Origin: a virus
Direction: 5' to 3' (one strand)
Length of the DNA stretch: 64,000 nucleotides
Virus record (IMG/VR): IMGVR_UViG_3300020156_000023
Coordinates: 36,411 to 100,410 of that record
Shown here: positions 53,784 to 62,451 of the stretch, piece by piece
How positions within the stretch are numbered: position 1 is the first letter of the stretch
How the letters are laid out: the number at the start of each line of letters is the position of its first letter
The notes under the pieces: generated by a model
Seen by the model: the letters and a program-made list of their open reading frames with translations, nothing else
Database searches by the model: none
Told to the model about the DNA's origin: nothing
Position numbers and translations under genes: made by a program

Positions 53784-53987
53784 ATGAAACTTGAGCAACC
53801 CACATTTATATGCTCAGGTAGAGATGTAAAAGAGTGTTACTATAGAGGTACTATAGTAGGTAAAAATGAGAATGATATAATTGAGATATCCTTCAAATAT
53901 AAAGGTAATTTTATAGTAGGCCACTATAATATTATATTAGAGCATTTTATGGAGGAATATCTAAGAGATATTAAAATTATATCATAA
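53784..53987 (+). CDS. Hypothetical protein
   Basis: Non-overlapping ATG at 53784. Confidence 0.5.
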   Translation: MKLEQPTFICSGRDVKECYYRGTIVGKNENDIIEISFKYKGNFIVGHYNIILEHFMEEYLRDIKIIS

Positions 53988-54001
53988 GTTAATTAGAAGA
54001 A

Positions 54002-54159
54002 GCGCGAGTGGCTGGTTGGAATAAGCGAGTAGGTTGCAAGCCTACTGGATATCTGAAAAGAGTTTATAATGATAATATTAAACAGAAAAAGAGTAAAATC
54101 TTGGGTTAATAGTATAGTTATAAATCGTGTCCATGGAGGTTCGAATCCTTCCTTGCGCT
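54002..54159 (+). tRNA. tRNA-Cys(GCA)-like with 89-nt variable-region insertion
   Basis: GCGCGAG/CTTGCGC, U73, GTAGG-ttGCAag-CCTAC, T arm GGAGG-ttcgaat-CCTTC. Confidence 0.75.
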
Positions 54160-54180
54160 CAACACAGAAGAAATGTTATA

Positions 54181-54335
54181 AACAGTAGTGATAGTTAAGT
54201 TACTTCGAAATCCATCACAAGGAAGAGATTGTCAGTTCGAGTCTGGCCCCCTGCACTAAATATAACGTCATGCAGGGGTAGGGTAATTGGTTAGCCCGCT
54301 TAAAAGAAAACAACACTTAACTTATATTCTCTGTT
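54181..54335 (+). ncRNA. Y-RNA-like element 4 with a circularly permuted tRNA-like domain
   Basis: AACAG/CTGTT, AGTTAAGT/ACTTAACT, TACTTCG; T arm, CCCCTGCA/TGCAGGGG, D arm. Confidence 0.8.
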
Positions 54336-54340
54336 AATTT

Positions 54341-54413
54341 GGGCTTGGAGCATGACTGGTTATGCACTACACTTGCACTGTAGGGTATGTGAGTTCGAAT
54401 CTCATCAGGTCCA
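54341..54413 (+). tRNA. tRNA-Ala(TGC)
   Basis: G3-U70; CTACA-ctTGCac-TGTAG. Confidence 0.9.
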
Positions 54414-54534
54414 CAACATGTTAAGTTTTCTTTGTTTTCACAAAACAAAGTGGTGGAATGGCCTTATTGATTTATGGCCCCAAAAGGTAGTTTCTCTTTC
54501 TCCCTTCATTAATTTGTAAATTGAAAGAGTACAA

Positions 54535-54606
54535 TGCTCCTTAGTATAATTGGTAGTACACTTGACTTTGGCTCAGGTAGTATTGGTTCGAACCCAGTAG
54601 GAGTAA
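54535..54606 (+). tRNA. tRNA-Gln(TTG)
   Basis: CTTGA-ctTTGgc-TCAGG. Confidence 0.88.
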
Positions 54607-54626
54607 CTAATTTAAAATTAAAAAAG

Positions 54627-54881
54627 ATGCGTAAATATGTTTTATTGGTATTGTTAGTTTTAACAACTCTTTGTTCATCTTGTACAGATAATCAAAGAGC
54701 AAGACAATGGGGTGGAACTGAGGAAATAATTCTTCCTAAGAATCATGTCCTTATAACAGCCACATGGAAAAATGATGAAATGTGGATACTTACAAAAGAT
54801 ACTGTAACAGATATCAATTATTTTAAAGAGAAATCTAATTGGGGTGTTTTAGAGGGAACTGTAATTTTCAAAAATAAATAA
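54627..54881 (+). CDS. Lipoprotein
   Basis: MRKYVLL...SSCTDNQRAR.WGG; the track start overlaps tRNA-Gln and was moved. Confidence 0.7.
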   Translation: MRKYVLLVLLVLTTLCSSCTDNQRARQWGGTEEIILPKNHVLITATWKNDEMWILTKDTVTDINYFKEKSNWGVLEGTVIFKNK

Positions 54882-54884
54882 ATT

Positions 54885-55067
54885 ATGCGTAAATTCTATC
54901 CATGGATACCAATAATTGGTATCTTTTTAGTGGCAGGATTATCTTGTAAAGAAGATAGTTCTAAGTTTTATGAGACAAGGCTTAATGAGCCTATGGTCTT
55001 CTGTCTAAGTGCTATAGTACAAGCTGTAGTAGTAGTGGGTTTAGGAATCCTTATAACTTTTAGTTAA
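54885..55067 (+). CDS. Small membrane protein
   Basis: Two hydrophobic segments. Confidence 0.55.
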   Translation: MRKFYPWIPIIGIFLVAGLSCKEDSSKFYETRLNEPMVFCLSAIVQAVVVVGLGILITFS

Positions 55068-55075
55068 AAACACAT

Positions 55076-55148
55076 GGTGGCTATAGTGTTAATGGTAACA
55101 TGCTTGATTGTGGTTCAAGAGTTTTGAGTTCGAATCTCAATAGTCACC
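55076..55148 (+). tRNA. tRNA-His(GTG)
   Basis: G-1:C73; CTTGA-ttGTGgt-TCAAG. Confidence 0.9.
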
Positions 55149-55167
55149 CTATTAAAACCAATTTATT

Positions 55168-55578
55168 ATGAAAAAAGTTTTTTGCACAATTGTGCTTGCA
55201 GTAAGTCTTCTTACTTCATGTCAACCAGAGTCTCCTATCTCTGAGAATCCTTCAAACACTGAATCAGTATACACTTCTTATCAAAGAGAAGAAACTCCTT
55301 TAGTTGTAGTTGAGGAGACTGCTACAGATGTAACTGCTCCAGGATATGTTATTATATATCCACCATTAGAACCTAATGGTAATGAGTATCATATAATCAT
55401 TGATTGTATGGATAAAGGTACAATTGATGGAGATACTCTTGTAAGATATGGTTATGGTACAGGACAGGATGGGAAAAAGTTTATGATAAAAGCTACTACT
55501 TATTACATGCCTAGATTTGGAAAATTCTTTACTAAGTACGAGAGTGTGGCAATACCACCATCTGAGTATGGTTGTTAA
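55168..55578 (+). CDS. Lipoprotein
   Basis: Lipobox LTSC. Confidence 0.65.
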   Translation: MKKVFCTIVLAVSLLTSCQPESPISENPSNTESVYTSYQREETPLVVVEETATDVTAPGYVIIYPPLEPNGNEYHIIIDCMDKGTIDGDTLVRYGYGTGQDGKKFMIKATTYYMPRFGKFFTKYESVAIPPSEYGC

Positions 55579-55602
55579 TTAAAGATATTCTTTGTATCTT
55601 TG
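55572..55602 (+). promoter_or_regulatory. Bacteroidetes-type promoter
   Basis: TTG, 20 nt, TATCTTTG. Confidence 0.55.
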
Positions 55603-55675
55603 TAATATAAAAGCTTTGCCAAGTTAGTATCCATATAAAGAAAAACTTGAGGAACTAACCAAAGCTTTTTAAAAT

Positions 55676-55746
55676 GACTCTGTAGTATAACGGTAGTGCT
55701 TAGGTCTGCAACACCTAAAGTTCTGGTTCGAATCCAGATGGAGTCT
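55676..55746 (+). tRNA. tRNA-Cys(GCA)
   Basis: TAGGT-ctGCAac-ACCTA; U73. Confidence 0.85.
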
Positions 55747-55783
55747 CGACTTTATGTCAGGTATAGAAATTGGTAGGGAGTTT

Positions 55784-55816
55784 AGGGGTTGTCTAAAACA
55801 ACCCCTTTACTTTTTT
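55784..55816 (+). terminator. Intrinsic terminator ending the tRNA region
   Basis: AGGGGTTGT...ACAACCCCT plus T-rich tail. Confidence 0.65.
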
Positions 55817-55835
55817 ATTAACTAAAAACTAAAGT

Positions 55836-56177
55836 ATGAGAAAAATATTAAGTATTATAATGATATTATCAACAATGTCATTTAGTAGTTTAGATATTAC
55901 AAAAGCCAGTTGGTATGGTCACCCATATCATGGCAGGAAAACAGCTTCAGGAGAAATTTTTAATAAAGACTCTTTAACAGGAGCACATAGGACACTTAAG
56001 TTTGGAACTAAGATTAAAGTGGTAAACTTAGCTAATGGAAAGGAAGTTACAGTACGAATAAATGATAGAGGACCCTTTTCTAAATCAAGAGATTTGGATT
56101 TATCAGAAGCAGCTTTTAAAGAAATAGCTAATCTTCAAAGAGGTGTTATTAAGGTTGATTACGAAATTACAGAATAA
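55836..56177 (+). CDS. rlpA: RlpA-family (DPBB) lytic transglycosylase
   Basis: ASWYG..YHGRKTASGE, AHRTL.FGT, VRINDRGPF, DLSEAAF. Confidence 0.9.
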   Translation: MRKILSIIMILSTMSFSSLDITKASWYGHPYHGRKTASGEIFNKDSLTGAHRTLKFGTKIKVVNLANGKEVTVRINDRGPFSKSRDLDLSEAAFKEIANLQRGVIKVDYEITE

Positions 56178-56179
56178 AG

Positions 56180-56343
56180 AAATGAGCAACTCAATTCCTG
56201 TGACAGGTAGCCCAGGGAAGTCACAATCAAATAGTTTAAATTATAAAACTCATTTTGAAACACCTTCAGGGGTATGCATCAACTGAATATTGGTTTGGTA
56301 GGCTCAAATGGACTAATGAATATAAGGTAGTAGTTGCTCATTT
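56180..56343 (+). ncRNA. Candidate structured ncRNA
   Basis: Perfect 12-bp closing stem AAATGAGCAACT/AGTTGCTCATTT spanning the intergenic region. Confidence 0.5.
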
Positions 56344-56355
56344 AATATATTAATT

Positions 56356-56964
56356 ATGGAAAAGAAATGTAAAGTAGTATTATTACCTACTGATGAACCA
56401 AGTTATTTATTTATTATAAATAAAAAAAAACTTTCATTTACAACAATAGGTGGTAGGGTACACAAAACTAATATATATCAACCTCAACATCTTTATATTT
56501 TATCTGATGATGTAATAAAAGAAGGAGATTGGTACTATGAAGAATTTGATGGAAGAGAAATAGGTTTGGCTGGTAAAGATGAAGTTAAGGAAGCACACTT
56601 ATATAAAAAAATAATAGCTACAACTAATCTTGATTTAATAAAAGAAGGGGTACTACCTATTAATAATAAATGGTTAAAAGAATATTGTAATAATCCTGTT
56701 GATGAAGTGTTAGTAGAATACTATAATCCTTATGAAAAACTTATAGGTAATAAAATAGGAAGTAATATTGGTAATTTTACATTAAAAGAATCTTCATTTA
56801 AACTTAAAATAAGTTCTGACGGCACTATTGTAATCAAATATACAGAAACTTGGGATACAATAGAAGATAAAATGTTTGAAGTTTCAGCAAAAGCACGAAA
56901 TAATAGTTATCAATATATGTTATATTGGTTAAAAGAAAATTACGAAGTACCTAAAAAGAAATAA
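56356..56964 (+). CDS. Conserved Bacteroidetes-phage-type hypothetical protein
   Basis: QHLYILSD..IKEGDW and KKIIATT motifs. Confidence 0.65.
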   Translation: MEKKCKVVLLPTDEPSYLFIINKKKLSFTTIGGRVHKTNIYQPQHLYILSDDVIKEGDWYYEEFDGREIGLAGKDEVKEAHLYKKIIATTNLDLIKEGVLPINNKWLKEYCNNPVDEVLVEYYNPYEKLIGNKIGSNIGNFTLKESSFKLKISSDGTIVIKYTETWDTIEDKMFEVSAKARNNSYQYMLYWLKENYEVPKKK

Positions 56965-56966
56965 GT

Positions 56967-57155
56967 ATGAAGAAGATTTTAGCATTTATCCCTACATGGG
57001 TATTATACTATACAGGGGATTTTATATCAAGATACTTGTTTATGGGTTACTTCATGTGGAGTTTCTACTTGTATAACTGGTGTATGATTAAATCAATGGA
57101 AATACAGGATTGGGCTGGACTAAAAGAGCCTTGGCAATATTCTGAAGAGGAGTAA
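56967..57155 (+). CDS. Hypothetical protein
   Basis: 62 aa, aromatic-rich. Confidence 0.55.
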   Translation: MKKILAFIPTWVLYYTGDFISRYLFMGYFMWSFYLYNWCMIKSMEIQDWAGLKEPWQYSEEE

Positions 57156-57313
57156 TAACAATAATATAAATAATATGAGTAGAGTAATTTTAGCTGCAGT
57201 AGTCTATATAGGCTTTTTTGGGAGTATAATAGCAGGATGTGTAGTTACACAGTCTGCATGGCCACTATGGGCACTATTACTAATGCCATCATTTAAAACC
57301 ACAAGAGAAAAAG

Positions 57314-57514
57314 ATGAATAAGCAGAAATCAATAAACAGGCAGATTAAAAGAGGACATATTATTGTAACTCCTGAAATCAAGACACACAGTGTCATTACA
57401 AGATGGGATACAGACCCTATAATGGGTGGTGTTAACCCAGTATGGGAAGATAAGACTGAAATAATTCCTATCTTCCATAGAAGAACCAAAAGAGGCAAGC
57501 TTCTCAGAGCGTAG
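57314..57514 (+). CDS. Hypothetical basic protein
   Basis: 66 aa. Confidence 0.5.
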   Translation: MNKQKSINRQIKRGHIIVTPEIKTHSVITRWDTDPIMGGVNPVWEDKTEIIPIFHRRTKRGKLLRA

Positions 57515-57751
57515 TAATACGTGTTTTTATAGAATATCACTTCCCACAGATATTATATTGCATAGTTTCTATTAGAAACTGATTGTTTTAGCAATCACAT
57601 AACGAGTTTAAGTTTCTAATAGTATTCTTTGGAAACCCTTTTATTGATATGTACACTATTCCTTGCGAGCATTATGCTTCATTCAGGGTAGGTATGTATT
57701 AATTTTAGGGTTTCCTATTTTTATTGTGTTACCCATTAAGAATTATATTCT

Positions 57752-59653
57752 ATGCAGTACACAGTTTTTGATATAGAGACAAATGGGTTGTTAGATACTG
57801 TAAGTATTATACATTGTTTGTCCTATAGAACTTTTATCAATGGGGAAGAGATAGATAAAGGTACGTTAACTAATTATGAAGAGATAAGGAACTTTGTACT
57901 ATCCCAGAAAGTTTTAGTAGGTCATAATATAGTAAGGTATGATATACCAGTGTTAGAGAAGTTATTAGGAATTAAGGTTACTGCGACTTTAATTGATACT
58001 TTAGCATTATCATGGTATGTATATCCTATGAGGATTAGACATGGATTAGAACAATGGGGTAATGATTTAGGGGTTGAGAAGCCTCATATAGGAGATTGGA
58101 ATAATCTTGCTATTGAAGACTATATAAATAGGTGTGAGACTGACGTAGTAATAAATACTTTACTATATGATAAAATCATGGCTTATTTGATAGTATTATA
58201 CGAAGGAGATGAAAAGAAAATATTCAATCTCATTGACTATTTAGTATTTAAATTAGATTGTGCAAGGGAACAAGAAGAGGTTAAGTGTAAAATTGACAAG
58301 AATTTAGTAACTCAAAGTCTGCAAGAATTAAGAGCTTTAAGAGAGGAGAAGATTTCTGCATTAGTAGAAGCTATGCCAAAGAGTATAAAGTTCAAAGAAG
58401 TTACTAAACCAAGTAAGGTTTACAAGAAGGATGGCTTATTAACAGTAGCAGGTTTAAAGTGGTTTGAATTATTAGCAACACATCAACTTCCTGAGGATTA
58501 TGAAGAAACAATACAAGTTATTGTTTCTGAGGAACCAGGTAATCCTGCATCAAGTACTCAACTAAAAGATTGGTTATTTGCTTTAGGGTGGGAACCAAGG
58601 AATTTTGAATTCAGGAAGAGTACTTCAGGAGAGATAAATCAGGTTCCACAGATTTATGTGAATGATGAAGTGTGTGAGTCTATAAAGCTCTTATATAATA
58701 TAGAGCCTGCATTAGAGAATCTTGATATGCTTAGTTTGATAAACCACAGGATTGGAATATTAGAGAGCTTCCTTACTGCAATGGATGATGAAGATTATGT
58801 TAAGGCAGAAGTAGGAGGATTTACTAATACTCTGAGATTTAAACATGTTAAGCCCATAGTAAATCTACCCAAAGTATTCAAGTTCTATGGAGAGAATATA
58901 AGAGGAAGTATCATAGCTCCCTCAGAAGAACACTTATTGTGTGGTAGTGATATGAGTTCATTAGAGGACTCTACTAAACAACACTATATGTATTTCTTTG
59001 ACCCAGAGTACGTGATGCAAATGAGAACTCCAGGATTTGACCCGCATTTGGATATTGCAGTGTTGGCAAGAATGTTAACACATGAGCAATCAGAGTTACA
59101 TAAGTTATATTCTAAAACTAAAGGAAAGGAAGGAGAAGACTTTTCCCAGGTTAGGAATAAGAGTAAGACAGTCAACTTTGCAGCAGTATATGGAGCTGGG
59201 CCACCTAAAATTGCACAGTCTACTGGGATGCCTATAGAGCAAGCCCAAAAACTACACAGGACATATTGGGAGAGGAATAAGGCAGTTAAGTTAGTAGCTA
59301 ATAGTGTGAAAACTAAGACTGTAAACTTCTTTGGAGAAACTCAAATGTGGTTACTAAATCCTGTATCAGGATTTTGGTACTCTCTGAGATTTGAAAAGGA
59401 TAAGTTTTCTACATTAAATCAAGGTACAGGAGTATTTTGTTTTGATTTATGGGTGAGAGAAGTTAGGAAAAGAGGAATTAAGATAATGTTGCAATATCAT
59501 GATGAAATAGCGTTCCCATTACTGGAACATCAAAAAGATTGGGTTGAGAATCAACTCAGAGAAGCTATAAAATCAGTAAATGATGTTGTTAAACTAAATG
59601 TTCCACTCGGAATATCTGTAGATTTCGGAGTGAACTATGCTAAAATTCACTAA
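57752..59653 (+). CDS. polA: DNA polymerase, family A (T7-like) with 3'-5' exonuclease
   Basis: FDIETNG, GHNI..YD, DMSSLE (motif A), R...KTVNF...YG (motif B), HDE (motif C). Confidence 0.93.
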   Translation: MQYTVFDIETNGLLDTVSIIHCLSYRTFINGEEIDKGTLTNYEEIRNFVLSQKVLVGHNIVRYDIPVLEKLLGIKVTATLIDTLALSWYVYPMRIRHGLEQWGNDLGVEKPHIGDWNNLAIEDYINRCETDVVINTLLYDKIMAYLIVLYEGDEKKIFNLIDYLVFKLDCAREQEEVKCKIDKNLVTQSLQELRALREEKISALVEAMPKSIKFKEVTKPSKVYKKDGLLTVAGLKWFELLATHQLPEDYEETIQVIVSEEPGNPASSTQLKDWLFALGWEPRNFEFRKSTSGEINQVPQIYVNDEVCESIKLLYNIEPALENLDMLSLINHRIGILESFLTAMDDEDYVKAEVGGFTNTLRFKHVKPIVNLPKVFKFYGENIRGSIIAPSEEHLLCGSDMSSLEDSTKQHYMYFFDPEYVMQMRTPGFDPHLDIAVLARMLTHEQSELHKLYSKTKGKEGEDFSQVRNKSKTVNFAAVYGAGPPKIAQSTGMPIEQAQKLHRTYWERNKAVKLVANSVKTKTVNFFGETQMWLLNPVSGFWYSLRFEKDKFSTLNQGTGVFCFDLWVREVRKRGIKIMLQYHDEIAFPLLEHQKDWVENQLREAIKSVNDVVKLNVPLGISVDFGVNYAKIH

Positions 59654-59655
59654 TC

Positions 59656-60762
59656 ATGACGGATAAATCACAAATCCAGAAACAAATTGTAGACTCTCTT
59701 CCAAGCCCCTGTCACGGACTATTAAACCTTGCCCCAAGAGTAGGGAAAACTAAGATTGGTATTGATATTATTAAGAAAGAAAGACCTAAAAGGATACTGT
59801 GGATAACTCCTAATACAAAATTAAGAGATATTGATATCCCTAATGAGTTTGTAGAATGGAGAGCTACAGGTTACTTTAAGAAAACAACTATTATATGTTA
59901 TGCTTCTATGGCAGACCATGAAGGTGAGTATGATTTAGTCATACTTGATGAGTATCAAGATTTAACTCCAGTTAATGCAGAGCCATTATTCAATGGAAAG
60001 ATTAAATATAAGCAGATAATTGGACTATCTGGTACTCATCCAAGACATAAAGAGAAGTTAGAACTATATAGTAAGTTAGGACTTAAGAAGCTCGTAGAAA
60101 TGTCTATAGATGAGGCTGTAGACCAAGGTCTTATAGCACCATACAAGATAACTGTAGTAGAATGTAGGTTAGACAATAAGAATAAATATATCAAAGCAGG
60201 TAATAAGACTAAGCAATTTATGCAGACTGAAGAAGCTCAGTATAGTTACCTGACAAGGATGATTAATGCCAAACTATTCTCAGGGCAGCAAGTTCCCAAA
60301 TTTTTTTATCTAAATAGGATGAGGTTCCTATATAACCTTAAGTCAAAGCATGAGTTCGCCAAGAAATTTCTTAAGAAGCTTCAAGGTAGAACTCTTGTCT
60401 TTGCAGGTAGTATTGCACAGATTGAAGATTTGTGTGAACATACTTTTCATAGTAAGACTGATGATAAGAAATTAGAAGCATTTAAAAGAGGTGAAATTGA
60501 TGTGCTTGGATTAGTAAATTCAGGTGGGATAGGACATACTTTTAGAAATGTTGATAACCTTCTTATTATACAAGTTAACTCTGATAGTAAAGGGGATGCT
60601 ACCCAAAAAATTGCAAGGTCTTTGGTTCTTCAAAAAGGATACGAAGCCAACATCTATATCTTATGTGTTGTCAATACTGTTGATGAAAGCTGGAAGAATG
60701 AAGTTCTTAAGAACTTTAACAAAGAGAAGATAGAACACGTAAGCTATAAAAATTATGAGTAG
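59656..60762 (+). CDS. Superfamily 2 helicase
   Basis: APRVGKT, ILDE, GLSGT, Q...R. Confidence 0.82.
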   Translation: MTDKSQIQKQIVDSLPSPCHGLLNLAPRVGKTKIGIDIIKKERPKRILWITPNTKLRDIDIPNEFVEWRATGYFKKTTIICYASMADHEGEYDLVILDEYQDLTPVNAEPLFNGKIKYKQIIGLSGTHPRHKEKLELYSKLGLKKLVEMSIDEAVDQGLIAPYKITVVECRLDNKNKYIKAGNKTKQFMQTEEAQYSYLTRMINAKLFSGQQVPKFFYLNRMRFLYNLKSKHEFAKKFLKKLQGRTLVFAGSIAQIEDLCEHTFHSKTDDKKLEAFKRGEIDVLGLVNSGGIGHTFRNVDNLLIIQVNSDSKGDATQKIARSLVLQKGYEANIYILCVVNTVDESWKNEVLKNFNKEKIEHVSYKNYE

Positions 60763-61294
60763 AAGAATTATAACTTTAGACTTTAACTCAGAGATTAGAG
60801 AAATATTTAGGAGATATTCTATTCCACTGCATGATGGATTGTCTTATTTATTGTGTTTATATTATGGTACAGACCCAAGTTTCATTCCAGAATCATTAGA
60901 GAGCAAGGTACTTGCTACAAGGATAGTTACAAAAGACTATGAAACAGGAGAAGTGAAATGGAATGTCAGTTTGTTTGAAGAAACAGAATCTGGGTTTGAA
61001 TGGATAGGAGAATGGATGGATTTATTTAAAAAAGTGAATCCTGAAAGGAGAGGTACAAAAGCTGATGTACTTAGAAGGATGAAAAAGTTCTTTGTGAACA
61101 ATCCATCTGTAAGAAGTGAAGATGTCTTTGAAGCCACTAAAATGTACCTAAAGACAATAAAAGACCCTGTCTATTGTAAGAAGTCTCATAAGTTCATATA
61201 TGAACAAGATGGTAGCTCTATGTTGTTAGATTATGTAGAGAGAATTCCTGATAATAGGAAAGTAACCAAAATGCAAAATGATGATTTTATATGA
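60755..61294 (+). CDS. Conserved replication-module protein
   Basis: 179 aa between the two helicases. Confidence 0.55.
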   Translation: MSRRIITLDFNSEIREIFRRYSIPLHDGLSYLLCLYYGTDPSFIPESLESKVLATRIVTKDYETGEVKWNVSLFEETESGFEWIGEWMDLFKKVNPERRGTKADVLRRMKKFFVNNPSVRSEDVFEATKMYLKTIKDPVYCKKSHKFIYEQDGSSMLLDYVERIPDNRKVTKMQNDDFI

Positions 61295-62448
61295 GATTTG
61301 AAGATATATATCAAGAAGTAGTAAGGAATAAGGATAACCACAATGAGGGTTATTACAACTGTATACCTTTCATGGGTATGGAAAGATTGGAGAAATTTCT
61401 ACCTGGAATAGAACAAGATACTTATTATCTATTAACTGCAAGTTCAGGAGTAGGTAAGAGTAAGCTTGCCAGATATTTATTTATACATAATCCATACCAG
61501 TTTATAAAGCAACATCCTGAGAGTGGTATAAAACTTACAATAAAGTATTTTTCTTTAGAGGAATCTAAGAAGAAGATTATACTCTCAGAGATATCTAAGT
61601 ATCTATTCACCAAGTACAACATAGTAGTTTCTATAAAACAATTACAATCAAGAGGTAGGTATAACACTATATCTCCTGATATTATTGAGAAGATAAAAGA
61701 GGCTGAGGATTATGTAAATGAGTTCTTAGAAACTGTACATATAATAGACTCCATAAGAAATCCTACAGGTATATATAAATGTATAAGAGATTATGCATTA
61801 ACTGTAGGAACATACTATGATAAGAATGACCAACCTCTTACTGAAAAGGAGATTGAGAATGTAAGGAATGGTGTAGGAGATGATTATAAGAAGGTATCTT
61901 ATTATAAGAAACATGACCCTAAACATTATGTTATTGTATTGGTAGACCACTTAAGTTTATTACAACCTGAGGAAGGTAAAACCCAATGGCAAACTATGTC
62001 AAAATACTCTAATGAGTATTGTCTCCATATGAGGGATAAATTTGGTTTTATTCCTGTAAGTGTACAACAACAAGCATCTGATAAGGAAGCTGTTGAATAC
62101 AATTATAAGGGAAATACTATTGAGGAGAAGTTAGAACCATCATTAGATGGTTTGGGGGATAATAAGACTACTCAGAGAGATGCTAATGTGGTTCTTGGAC
62201 TATTTAATCCAGATAGGTATGGTATCACTAACCATGGAGGATATGATATAACATTCTTCAGGGATAAGTATAGAAGTATGAGTATATTAAAAGATAGAGA
62301 TGGAGTTTCTAATAAGAAATTACCACTCTTCTTTAATGGTGCTGTAGACTTCTTTAAAGAGATGCCTAAAATAGATGATGCAGAAGGTATGAGAAAGGTA
62401 TACGAGTATGTAAACCAATTAAATGAAGTAAATAATCAAACAAGTTAG
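61291..62448 (+). CDS. dnaB: DnaB-like replicative helicase
   Basis: ASSGVGKS, FSLEES, VDHLSLL, QQ, RDANVVLGL, K.RDG. Confidence 0.85.
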   Translation: MRFEDIYQEVVRNKDNHNEGYYNCIPFMGMERLEKFLPGIEQDTYYLLTASSGVGKSKLARYLFIHNPYQFIKQHPESGIKLTIKYFSLEESKKKIILSEISKYLFTKYNIVVSIKQLQSRGRYNTISPDIIEKIKEAEDYVNEFLETVHIIDSIRNPTGIYKCIRDYALTVGTYYDKNDQPLTEKEIENVRNGVGDDYKKVSYYKKHDPKHYVIVLVDHLSLLQPEEGKTQWQTMSKYSNEYCLHMRDKFGFIPVSVQQQASDKEAVEYNYKGNTIEEKLEPSLDGLGDNKTTQRDANVVLGLFNPDRYGITNHGGYDITFFRDKYRSMSILKDRDGVSNKKLPLFFNGAVDFFKEMPKIDDAEGMRKVYEYVNQLNEVNNQTS

Positions 62449-62451
62449 AGA

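Noticed and set aside
50047-55746. Theta (HDV-like) ribozymes at tRNA 3' ends
   Set aside because: tRNA trailers are short and A/T-rich; no nested double pseudoknot starting at a tRNA 3' end could be built by eye (a cmsearch would settle this)
56195-56225. SRP RNA domain IV
   Set aside because: CAGG...GGAAG resembles it only loosely; the GNRA-capped helix and AGCAG motif are absent
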